Assembly (NCBI GenBank): GCA_964565565.1
Contig: CAZMFM010000003.1
Coordinates: 37,774-101,773 of the forward strand
Source: an uncultured Spirochaetaceae bacterium
Lineage (GTDB): Bacteria > Myxococcota_A > UBA9160 > UBA4427
DNA: 64,000 nt
Direction of reading: 5' to 3'
Below, piece by piece: positions 1 to 7,975 of this stretch. Every line of letters begins with the position of its first letter. The first letter of the stretch is position 1. Below the pieces are notes generated by a model. It was given only the letters and a program-made list of their open reading frames with translations, did not search any database and was not told where the DNA came from. The position numbers and the translations under genes were made by a program.

Positions 1-758
1 CCGAAACGCCCGCGGAATCGCCAACGAAGAGCGCTCGGCCCGGGCAGCCCCGCGAAGACTTCGAGTCACGCCTACGCGCCCTGGAGCGCTACTACCATAT
101 CCATCATCCCTTTCATCTCTCGATGAACGAAGGCGGACTCGACCGCGACGCCGTCCGCGGCTGGGTCGCCAACCGCTTCTACTATCAAATCCAGATTCCG
201 CGCAAAGACGCGGCGATCCTGGCGAATTGCCCCGACCGGGAAGTCCGACGAAAATGGGTCCAGCGCATCCTCGACCACGATGGAGCGCGGGGTGATGAGG
301 GCGGCATCGAGGCCTGGCTGCGGCTGGCCGAGTCCGTGGGCCTTGCACGCGAAGAAGTCCTCGACCTTCGACACGTCCTGCCCGGGGTTCGCTTCGCCGT
401 CGACGCCTACCTGCGTTTTGCGCAGACGGCGCCCTGGCAAGAAGCGGCCGCCTCTTCCTTGACCGAACTCTTCGCCCCCACGATTCATCAGAAGCGACTC
501 GAAAACTGGCCGACCCTCTATCCCTGGATCGACGAAGGCGGGTATGACTATTTTCGACGCCGCCTGACCGAAGTCCGACGCGATGTCGATCACGGCCTCA
601 CGCTGACCCTCGACCTCTTCACGACCGCCGAAGCACAAGATCGCGTCGTGGAGATCCTTCATTTCAAGCTCGATGTGCTCTGGTCTATGCTCGACGCAAT
701 GTGGATGGCCTATGTCGAGGGGCGGCCGCCCTATGCTCACCTAACGGACGCGCGATAG
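1..758 (+). CDS. pqqC: Pyrroloquinoline-quinone synthase PqqC (5' end runs off the window)
   Basis: The frame is open from the window edge. The translation ...[65 protein letters not shown] matches the conserved PqqC N-terminal and core region. Stop is TAG at 756-758. Confidence 0.85.
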   Translation, partial: ETPAESPTKSARPGQPREDFESRLRALERYYHIHHPFHLSMNEGGLDRDAVRGWVANRFYYQIQIPRKDAAILANCPDREVRRKWVQRILDHDGARGDEGGIEAWLRLAESVGLAREEVLDLRHVLPGVRFAVDAYLRFAQTAPWQEAAASSLTELFAPTIHQKRLENWPTLYPWIDEGGYDYFRRRLTEVRRDVDHGLTLTLDLFTTAEAQDRVVEILHFKLDVLWSMLDAMWMAYVEGRPPYAHLTDAR

Positions 759-812
759 ATTCCCTTCCCGCCGAGGCGCTTCGACCGGGCCGGGTCTCCG
801 CTTCACGAATCC

Positions 813-1679
813 CTAGCCCTTCGCGATGACGCTATTCGCGAACTCCTCGATCGCAGCCACCTTCTCATCGAGAGTCGTCGTGTCGTTCGCATAGAGGTCC
901 CGGAAGGCGACGATACAATCGGTCACGCCCTGGTCTTCGAGTTTCTTTACCCCATCGACCGAAAAACCGTCGAGTGAAATAGCGTGGATCTCGAAGGGCA
1001 GATGATCGCGCCCGTATTCCTTTCGGAGCACGTTGATCCGAGCGACCAGTCGATCGAGCTCTGCCCCCTCGCCTCCGGCATGCATCCAACCGTCCCCGAG
1101 TCGCGCCGCCCGACGCAACGCGACGTCGGCGTGTCCGCCGATCAGGATCGGGATCCGGCGACTCGACGCCGGCGACATCTTGATTCGCTCGAGCTGGAAA
1201 TGCTTTCCCGAGAAGCCGAAGAATTCGCCGGTCTCTAGACCACGCAAGATCTCGATCATCTCGTTCATGCGCTCGCCCCGGCCCTGCCAGGATTGCTCGC
1301 ACATCGCGAAATCCTCGGGCCACGGCGAAAGTCCGATCCCGAAGCCGAAGCGATCCTGGGTCATCACAGCCAGCGACATCGCCTGCTTGGCGACGAGAAC
1401 GGGCTGACGAATCGGAAGCTTGACGACAAAGGTCGTGAAGCGAAGCGTTTCGGTGGCGGCGGCGAGGGTGGCGATCAGTACGAAGGGATCAATGAATGGA
1501 CGTCCGTCGAGAAATTCACGAGCCCCGTCGGCCGTATAGGGATACCGACTATCCGAGACCTCCGGATAACCGATGCTGTCCGGAATCGTGAACGACGTAA
1601 AGCCACTTTGCTCGACGGCCTGCGCTAGAGGCACGTAGTGGCCGGGATCGCACATGGCTTCGGCAAAGGTGAATCGCAT
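813..1679 (-). CDS. Luciferase-like (LLM class, F420/flavin-dependent) oxidoreductase
   Basis: The 308-aa ORF has an LLM-type TIM-barrel sequence (..FTSFTIPDS..IATLAAATETLRFTTFVVKLPIRQP..IPILIGGHADVALRRAARLGDGW). I placed the start at ATG 1679 (MRFTFAE) rather than the track start at 1739. Confidence 0.75.
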   Translation of the reverse strand: MRFTFAEAMCDPGHYVPLAQAVEQSGFTSFTIPDSIGYPEVSDSRYPYTADGAREFLDGRPFIDPFVLIATLAAATETLRFTTFVVKLPIRQPVLVAKQAMSLAVMTQDRFGFGIGLSPWPEDFAMCEQSWQGRGERMNEMIEILRGLETGEFFGFSGKHFQLERIKMSPASSRRIPILIGGHADVALRRAARLGDGWMHAGGEGAELDRLVARINVLRKEYGRDHLPFEIHAISLDGFSVDGVKKLEDQGVTDCIVAFRDLYANDTTTLDEKVAAIEEFANSVIAKG

Positions 1680-2913
1680 CAAGGGTCTCCTGGTTTCGAC
1701 GAATTCGGACTCTAGCCCGATCGGCCTTTCCAGTTCCAACCCATGGCCGAAGCCGGCCAGTCCACGCCGACTCGACTATGTTGCGCCCGTGAGCAACAAA
1801 CGAGACCGAAAGCCCGAAGCCCTTCCCCTCGATCCCGGAGTCTTGCGCGAAGGGGCCGTCTGCGAATTTCATTCCGACCTGGCCGTCACAGCCCAGGGCG
1901 GAACCGTCGTCCAGCCCTGGCGAGATCGTTACCTGACCGCGGAAGCAAGCGATCTGCACGTCATTTCGGATGCCCGCGAACTCGCGGACGAAAGTTTCGA
2001 ACAAGTCCTCGTCCATTTGCAGAAGAGCCGTTCGGCCACCTTCACCGACCTCCAGCAAGCCTGGCGAATCCTCCGTCCCGGCGGCCAACTCCTGCTCACG
2101 GGTACCAATTCCCTGGGCATCGTCTCGGCGGTCAAACGCCTCGCGACGCAACTCGAACAAACGCCCATCGTCGTCAGCAATCGTGCGCGGGCACGCGTCG
2201 TTCGATTCAAGAAAGGCGACGGACCCGGGCCCGAGGTCGAAGTGACACCGACCTTCCGAGTACGCGTCGAGTCGATCCACAAAGAGTCCTTCGAATTCGA
2301 CATCGAAACGCAACCCGGCGTCTTCAGCGCAAAGAAACTCGACGCCGGCAGCCAGGCCCTGGTCCAGGCCCTCGCGCGGTTTTCCGGGTACAAGCCACCC
2401 AAGCGGATCGTCGATCTCGGATGCGGAACCGGAGTGCTGGGCATCGCGGCCGCCACACTCTGGCCCGAGGCCGAGGTCTTGCTCGTCGACGGAGATCGCC
2501 GGGCGATCGAATGCGCGGAGGCCAACGTCGAACGACTCGGGCTGGGAGACCGGTGCCGAGTCGCCTGGTGGGATGCTCGAGAGCAACCGATCGACTCGCG
2601 CTTTGACCTCGCCCTGGTCAACCCACCCTTTCACCAGCGCGGGATGGAGGTCGACTTCGGTCCGGCCCTGGCGCTTTTCGACTCCCTGCGAGAATGGATT
2701 CGACCCGGCCGTCGCGCGCTGATCGTGGCCAATCGAAAGCTGCCCTACGAGAAGCCACTCGAGGACATCGGGGAAGTCGAGATCCTTCAGACGGCCGGCG
2801 GCTATAAGCTCTTGTCACTCAAGAGAAGTGCCCGCTCCTCACGCTCAAGGGGACGCAACGCTCCCGGCTCGAGATCTTCCGGCAGGTCCAGGGCGCCGAC
2901 GCGATCACGGTGA
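1654..2913 (+). CDS. SAM-dependent rRNA (guanine-N2) methyltransferase, RsmC/RlmG-like
   Basis: SAM motif I (VDLGCGTGVLG) and the N-methyltransferase motif LVNPPFH are present, preceded by an RsmC-like N-terminal domain. The true start is uncertain. The track start at 1654 overlaps the divergent LLM gene, and in-frame GTG 1792 is an alternative. The last ~37 codons are Arg/Ser-rich and antisense to the next gene. Confidence 0.7.
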   Translation: MASAKVNRIKGLLVSTNSDSSPIGLSSSNPWPKPASPRRLDYVAPVSNKRDRKPEALPLDPGVLREGAVCEFHSDLAVTAQGGTVVQPWRDRYLTAEASDLHVISDARELADESFEQVLVHLQKSRSATFTDLQQAWRILRPGGQLLLTGTNSLGIVSAVKRLATQLEQTPIVVSNRARARVVRFKKGDGPGPEVEVTPTFRVRVESIHKESFEFDIETQPGVFSAKKLDAGSQALVQALARFSGYKPPKRIVDLGCGTGVLGIAAATLWPEAEVLLVDGDRRAIECAEANVERLGLGDRCRVAWWDAREQPIDSRFDLALVNPPFHQRGMEVDFGPALALFDSLREWIRPGRRALIVANRKLPYEKPLEDIGEVEILQTAGGYKLLSLKRSARSSRSRGRNAPGSRSSGRSRAPTRSR

Positions 2914-3545
2914 AGCGAGACGACCTCTCCGCCCAGTAGGCGGATCATGCGCCGCACTTGGTGGGTTCGCCCTTCTCGCAACACCAGACTTGCCCGGCCA
3001 GGCCCCTCGAGCTCCAATCGAGCCGGCCGCGTCGGACGATCTTCACCCACAAGCAGCAGCCCGTCACGACAGCACTCGACGCTATTGGACACCAACTCAC
3101 CCTCGAATTCGATGCGATAGCGCTTCGGCAATTTTCGCCCAGGGTGGGTCAAGCGATGAACGAGGTCCCCATCGGTCGTCAGAATCAAGAGCCCTGAGGT
3201 GGCACGGTCCAGCCGCCCGGCAATCAGGAGTGATCGGCGGCGCATGGGCGCCGACAGCAGGTCAAAGACCAGAGGGGCCTCCCGTTCATCGTTGCTGCAG
3301 GAAACACCGATTGGCTTGTTGAGAATGAAGTCGCAGACGACGGCCGGCGATTCGATCGGCTCCTCCCCCACCGCGACACTTTCACCCGTGATTCGCCGCG
3401 CCGAGTCCGAACAGACCTCGCCGTCGACGGAGACCTCCCCGCGGCGAATCAGGCTGCGCGCCTCCTTGCGTGAGGCAATCCCCGCTCGCGCCAGGTAGGC
3501 GTCGAGACGCATCCCGCGTGAGGCCATCGAATTCAAAGAAGCCAT
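2802..3545 (-). CDS. Pseudouridine synthase, RsuA/RluB family
   Basis: S4 domain (MRLDAYLARAGIASRKEARSLIRRGEVSVDG) followed by the catalytic motif GRLDRATSGLLILTTDG and RYRIEFEG. I chose the start at ATG 3545 (MASLNSMASRGMRLD). Confidence 0.85.
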   Translation of the reverse strand: MASLNSMASRGMRLDAYLARAGIASRKEARSLIRRGEVSVDGEVCSDSARRITGESVAVGEEPIESPAVVCDFILNKPIGVSCSNDEREAPLVFDLLSAPMRRRSLLIAGRLDRATSGLLILTTDGDLVHRLTHPGRKLPKRYRIEFEGELVSNSVECCRDGLLLVGEDRPTRPARLELEGPGRASLVLREGRTHQVRRMIRLLGGEVVSLHRDRVGALDLPEDLEPGALRPLEREERALLLSDKSL

Positions 3546-3736
3546 TTCATCTTCCAGTCTACCCGAGCCCATCTCCCGCTTGCCTTCCCCGGGTCCGGCC
3601 GCGTCTGCGAACGTCGACCCATGCCGAATCTCGGCCGCATATTCAGCCACGGCCAACATTCGATTCACGGCCGACGGTTTCGGGCGACGAGCGGGGCGAC
3701 TACACTGCGCCGCCGATTTTCGAGTCGAGAGTGATC

Positions 3737-5065
3737 ATGGGTATTCGGGTTTGCAAATTTGGTGGGAGCAGCGTCGCCGACGCCAGTCAGCTGCGAAAGG
3801 TTCGCGCGATCGTGGGCGAGCGCGATGATCGCCGTTTCGTCGTTCCCTCGGCCCCTGGCCGGCGGACACCCGACGATATCAAAGTCACCGACCTCCTCTA
3901 CCGCTGCCATGAGGCGGCCCAGCGCGGCGAGGCAATCGCACCCGTCTTCGATCTGATCACGGAGCGATTCCGCAAGACCGTGACGGACCTCGGCCTCGAC
4001 TTCGATCTCGACTCCGCACTCGCCGAGGTGCACGATCGAATCCAGAATCTGGCCGGAGCCGACTATGCCGCCAGTCGTGGTGAATTCCTATGCGGGCTGG
4101 TCCTGGCCAATCTCCTCGACCGCCCCCTGATCGATCCGACGGAGCTGATCTGCTTCGACGCCGACGGGCGACTCTTGCCGGAGGCGACCCAACAAAAAAT
4201 TTCGACTCGCCTCGAGAATGAGCCCTGTGGCGTAATTCCCGGATTCTACGGCGCACGCCCCAACGGTGAAGTCGTCACCTTCTCGCGAGGCGGAAGTGAC
4301 ATCACCGGCGCGATCATCGCGCGTGGTGTCGGCGCAGAGGTCTATGAAAATTGGACGGATGTCTCGGGTCTCTTGATGGCCGATCCGCGAATCGTGGATT
4401 CACCCCGCACGATCGAAGAGCTGACCTATCGCGAACTTCGCGAACTCGCCTATATGGGTGCCACCGTCCTACACGACGAAGCGATCTTCCCCGTCCGAGA
4501 TGCTGGCATACCCGTCCACGTCCGAAACACCAACGACCCGAGTGCCAGGGGAACCCAGATCCGTCGCGGCAAGACCAGACCCATGCCCACCGGTCGCATC
4601 ACGGGAATCGCGGGGCGAAAAGATTTCACGATCATCGCGCTCGAAAAAACGTTGATGAACACCGAAATCGGCTTCGGCCGCCGTGTGCTTGGCGTCCTCG
4701 AGCGACACGGCATCAGCTGGGAGCATATCCCGAGCGGAATCGACACCCTTTCGATCATCCTCAAGAGTGATGTCGTCGAGCATCGCATCGATGAACTCGT
4801 GCGCGAGATCGAAGTCGAATGCAGTCCCGATGCAATCGAGATCGATTCGGGAATCGCCTTGATCGCAACGGTCGGTCGCGGCATGAGTCACGCGCCGGGT
4901 ACCGCGGCACTCCTCTTCGGTGCGCTAGCCAAGGCCAACATCAACATTCGAATGATCGATCAGGGATCGAGCGAATTGAACATCATCGTCGGCGTCAAGA
5001 ATGATGATTTCGAGCGAACGGTTCAAGCGATCTACGACGCGTTCGCCCTGCTGCCAAAGAGCTGA
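3737..5065 (+). CDS. lysC: Aspartate kinase
   Basis: MGIRVCKFGGSSVADASQL.., ..FSRGGSDITGAIIA.., ..TDVSGLLMADPRIV.. and C-terminal ACT repeats. ATG at 3737; the upstream part of the track ORF is low-complexity. Confidence 0.9.
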   Translation: MGIRVCKFGGSSVADASQLRKVRAIVGERDDRRFVVPSAPGRRTPDDIKVTDLLYRCHEAAQRGEAIAPVFDLITERFRKTVTDLGLDFDLDSALAEVHDRIQNLAGADYAASRGEFLCGLVLANLLDRPLIDPTELICFDADGRLLPEATQQKISTRLENEPCGVIPGFYGARPNGEVVTFSRGGSDITGAIIARGVGAEVYENWTDVSGLLMADPRIVDSPRTIEELTYRELRELAYMGATVLHDEAIFPVRDAGIPVHVRNTNDPSARGTQIRRGKTRPMPTGRITGIAGRKDFTIIALEKTLMNTEIGFGRRVLGVLERHGISWEHIPSGIDTLSIILKSDVVEHRIDELVREIEVECSPDAIEIDSGIALIATVGRGMSHAPGTAALLFGALAKANINIRMIDQGSSELNIIVGVKNDDFERTVQAIYDAFALLPKS

Positions 5066-5137
5066 AAGCTGCTGCCGCGAGCGAAGCGCAGGCCAGGCCA
5101 AGACACCGACGATTTGCGCAGATCCAGCCTGCACGTT

Positions 5138-5953
5138 TCAGGCAGGCTTCAAGCGCTCGGCAAAGAACGACATCACCCGGTCGAGGGCCGCGCGCGTCGG
5201 GTGTCCCTCCTCGTCGACGAGATCTTTCGTGACGACACTGTGGGCCATCTTGTCGATCCCGAAGGCATTGCCCTTTGAAGAATCGATCTCGATCCCTTCG
5301 AAGCCCGAGCCCAGCTCCTCCCGCAAACGTTCGAACCGCTCTGGTGGACAAGCGGGGTCACCGGTGAAGCGAAGTCCAAGAACCGGACAGCTGCCCGATC
5401 GCGCTCGTTCCTTGATCACCTCGAGATCTTCGTCCGAGACGTGGAGCGCCCGCTTGCGGGCCGCGCCAAAGGGAAAGGGAAGAGACGGCTGTGACAGGAC
5501 TGGGGCCATGATGAATTCATCAACCATCAGCGCCAATCCAAAATTCCCGGTCAGACACATACCGATACAACCCACGCCCGGGCCTCCGCATTCTTCGTGC
5601 GCCTTGCGCGCCAGGGCGCGCAGCCAGGTCGTGATCGGACTGGATCGGCGGGAAGCCAGCACGTGGAATTCACGGGCGATACAGGCGCGCGCCATCGATT
5701 GAACCAGGTAGCCGGTCGAGAGTTCACGCCCCGCCTGCCCCACGAGTTCAGGCATGTAGACACGGTAGCCGGCGGAAACCAGTCGCTCGGCGAACTCGAT
5801 CACCGGAGGATAGATGCCCGGGATCTCGTGCATCAAGACGATGCCGGGACCTCTGCCCCGCAGATAAAGAGGGCGACGGAGGCCCTCGTGTTCGAAATGG
5901 GTCGACTCGAATTCACGCAGAAGATCATTTGACATCACATGAACATAGGCCAT
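5138..5953 (-). CDS. Dienelactone hydrolase family protein
   Basis: GIVLMHEIPGIYP.., nucleophile-elbow-like GCIGMCLTGNF and an alpha/beta-hydrolase layout over 271 aa. Confidence 0.7.
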   Translation of the reverse strand: MAYVHVMSNDLLREFESTHFEHEGLRRPLYLRGRGPGIVLMHEIPGIYPPVIEFAERLVSAGYRVYMPELVGQAGRELSTGYLVQSMARACIAREFHVLASRRSSPITTWLRALARKAHEECGGPGVGCIGMCLTGNFGLALMVDEFIMAPVLSQPSLPFPFGAARKRALHVSDEDLEVIKERARSGSCPVLGLRFTGDPACPPERFERLREELGSGFEGIEIDSSKGNAFGIDKMAHSVVTKDLVDEEGHPTRAALDRVMSFFAERLKPA

Positions 5954-6092
5954 CGACGTCCCCCGACCTGCCGGTTGACCCGGACTCCCCCGTCGGCCCC
6001 CGGCTGGGAGTCATTTCGCCCGATGCGGAAGTAAATAGGTACTCGTCCTGGCCTTCGTGCTAATTCGCGATTCTGCCCCTATCCTCCTGTCC

Positions 6093-7961
6093 ATGCAGGG
6101 ATATCGCAGCCGCACATCGACCTTCGGACGAAATATGGCCGGCGCCCGTGCGCTTTGGCGCGCCACTGGCATGACCGACGCCGATTTTACGAAGCCGATC
6201 ATCGCGATCGCCAACAGCTTCACCCAATTCGTCCCGGGCCATGTCCATTTGCACGACATCGGCCAACGCGTCAAAAAAGTCATCGACGCAGCCGGCGGTT
6301 GGGGCGTCGAGTTCAACACGATCGCCGTCGACGACGGCATCGCAATGGGTCACGGCGGGATGCTCTACTCCCTGCCCTCGCGCGATCTGATCGCCGACAG
6401 TGTCGAGTATATGGTGCAGGCGCATGTGGCCGACGCGCTGGTCTGCATTTCGAATTGCGACAAGATCACGCCCGGCATGCAGATGGCCGCAATGCGTCTG
6501 AATATTCCGACGATCTTCGTTTCGGGTGGACCGATGGAAGCCGGCAAGACTGCGGGCACGCATGATCGCGAGGGGCGAAAACTCGATCTGATCGATCCCA
6601 TGATCGCGGCTGGGGACGACTCGGTCAGCGATGAGGAATTGCTCGAGATGGAACGCTCGGCCTGCCCCACCTGCGGTTCCTGCTCCGGAATGTTTACAGC
6701 GAATAGCATGAATTGCCTGAACGAAGTGCTCGGCATGGCACTGCCCGGCAACGGCACCCTGCTCGCCACCCATGCGAAGCGATGGGAACTCTTTGAGCGC
6801 GCGGGGCAGACGATCGTCGACCTGGCCAAACGACATTATCAGGACGGCGATGACACCGTCCTTCCGCGAGGCATCGCGACCTTCGAAGCCTTCGAGAACG
6901 CGATGACCATGGACATCGCCATGGGCGGATCGACCAATACCGTTCTGCATATCCTGGCCATCGCCCATGAGGCCGGCGTCGACTTCACCATGCAGGACAT
7001 GGATCGCCTATCACGAAAGGTGCCTAATATCTGCAAGGTCGCTCCCGCGACGGAAAAATATCATGTCGAAGACGTCCACGCGGCCGGTGGGATCTTTACC
7101 ATCCTCGGCGAGTTGGATCGCGGCGGACTAATCCACCGCGACGTCCATACCGTCCACTCGAAGACCCTGGGCGAGGCGATCGACACGAATGACATCCGTC
7201 GCGCAAGTGCCAGTGATGAAGCCAAGCTCTCGTCTCTGGCTGCGCCCGGCGGCGTGCGAACGACCATCGCGTTCTCCCAAGAAAAGTATTTCGACAAGAC
7301 GGACGACGACGCGGAGACGGGATGCATCCGATCGGTCGAACACGCCTATACCGCTGAAGGCGGCTTGGCCATCCTCTACGGCAACCTCGCCGAAGATGGA
7401 TGCGTTGTGAAGACGGCGGGTGTCGACGCCTCGATCTGGCTTTTCGAAGGGCCCGCGCGAGTCTTCAATTCCCAGGAGAGCGCCTGCGATGCGATCCTCA
7501 AGGGTGAGATCAGAGAAGGCGACATCGTCTTGATCAACTACGAAGGACCCAAGGGCGGTCCCGGGATGCAGGAAATGCTCTACCCGACCTCGTACATCAA
7601 GGCCAAGAAACTCGGCGCGGCCTGCGCACTGATCACGGACGGTCGCTTCAGCGGTGGAACCTCCGGTCTCTCGATCGGACACGTTTCTCCGGAAGCAGCC
7701 GAGGGTGGAACGATCGGCCTGGTCGAAGACGGCGACCGGATCAGGATCGACATTCCCAACCGCAGCATCGAACTCTGTGTCGACGCCGACCTCCTCGCTC
7801 GACGCCGGCACGAGATGGAAGAACGTGGCTCCGCGGCCTGGGTCCCGAGCCGCAAGCGCGAAGTGTCCCTGGCGTTGCGCGCCTACGGGATGATGACGAC
7901 CAGTGCGGCACGCGGCGCGGTGCGCGATCTCGATCAACTCGCCCTACGCCACAAGCGCTGA
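6093..7961 (+). CDS. ilvD: Dihydroxy-acid dehydratase
   Basis: Near-collinear with enterobacterial IlvD from the first residues ([88 protein letters not shown]). Confidence 0.97.
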   Translation: MQGYRSRTSTFGRNMAGARALWRATGMTDADFTKPIIAIANSFTQFVPGHVHLHDIGQRVKKVIDAAGGWGVEFNTIAVDDGIAMGHGGMLYSLPSRDLIADSVEYMVQAHVADALVCISNCDKITPGMQMAAMRLNIPTIFVSGGPMEAGKTAGTHDREGRKLDLIDPMIAAGDDSVSDEELLEMERSACPTCGSCSGMFTANSMNCLNEVLGMALPGNGTLLATHAKRWELFERAGQTIVDLAKRHYQDGDDTVLPRGIATFEAFENAMTMDIAMGGSTNTVLHILAIAHEAGVDFTMQDMDRLSRKVPNICKVAPATEKYHVEDVHAAGGIFTILGELDRGGLIHRDVHTVHSKTLGEAIDTNDIRRASASDEAKLSSLAAPGGVRTTIAFSQEKYFDKTDDDAETGCIRSVEHAYTAEGGLAILYGNLAEDGCVVKTAGVDASIWLFEGPARVFNSQESACDAILKGEIREGDIVLINYEGPKGGPGMQEMLYPTSYIKAKKLGAACALITDGRFSGGTSGLSIGHVSPEAAEGGTIGLVEDGDRIRIDIPNRSIELCVDADLLARRRHEMEERGSAAWVPSRKREVSLALRAYGMMTTSAARGAVRDLDQLALRHKR

Positions 7962-7975
7962 AGGAGAGGGTCCCC

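Noticed and set aside
1549-2634. Long antisense or alternative-frame ORFs on the track, for example 1549-2634 (minus), 6060-6968 (minus), 12181-12945 (minus), 28986-30179 (plus), 30080-30943 (plus), 41430-42368 (plus), 61476-62438 (plus).
   Set aside because: Their translations are Arg/Pro/Ala/Gly-rich and low in complexity, with no family motifs. Each lies opposite or out of frame to a gene with strong family signatures. This is the expected stop-codon-poor artefact of GC-rich DNA.
5066-5137. Possible bidirectional terminator between the convergent aspartate kinase and dienelactone hydrolase genes (GCAGGC ... GCCTGC).
   Set aside because: The stem is only 6 bp, with a ~33-nt loop and no U-tract, so this is not convincing. 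Other convergent gaps (758-813, 14814-14848, 31948-31994, 63585-63615) likewise showed no strong hairpins.
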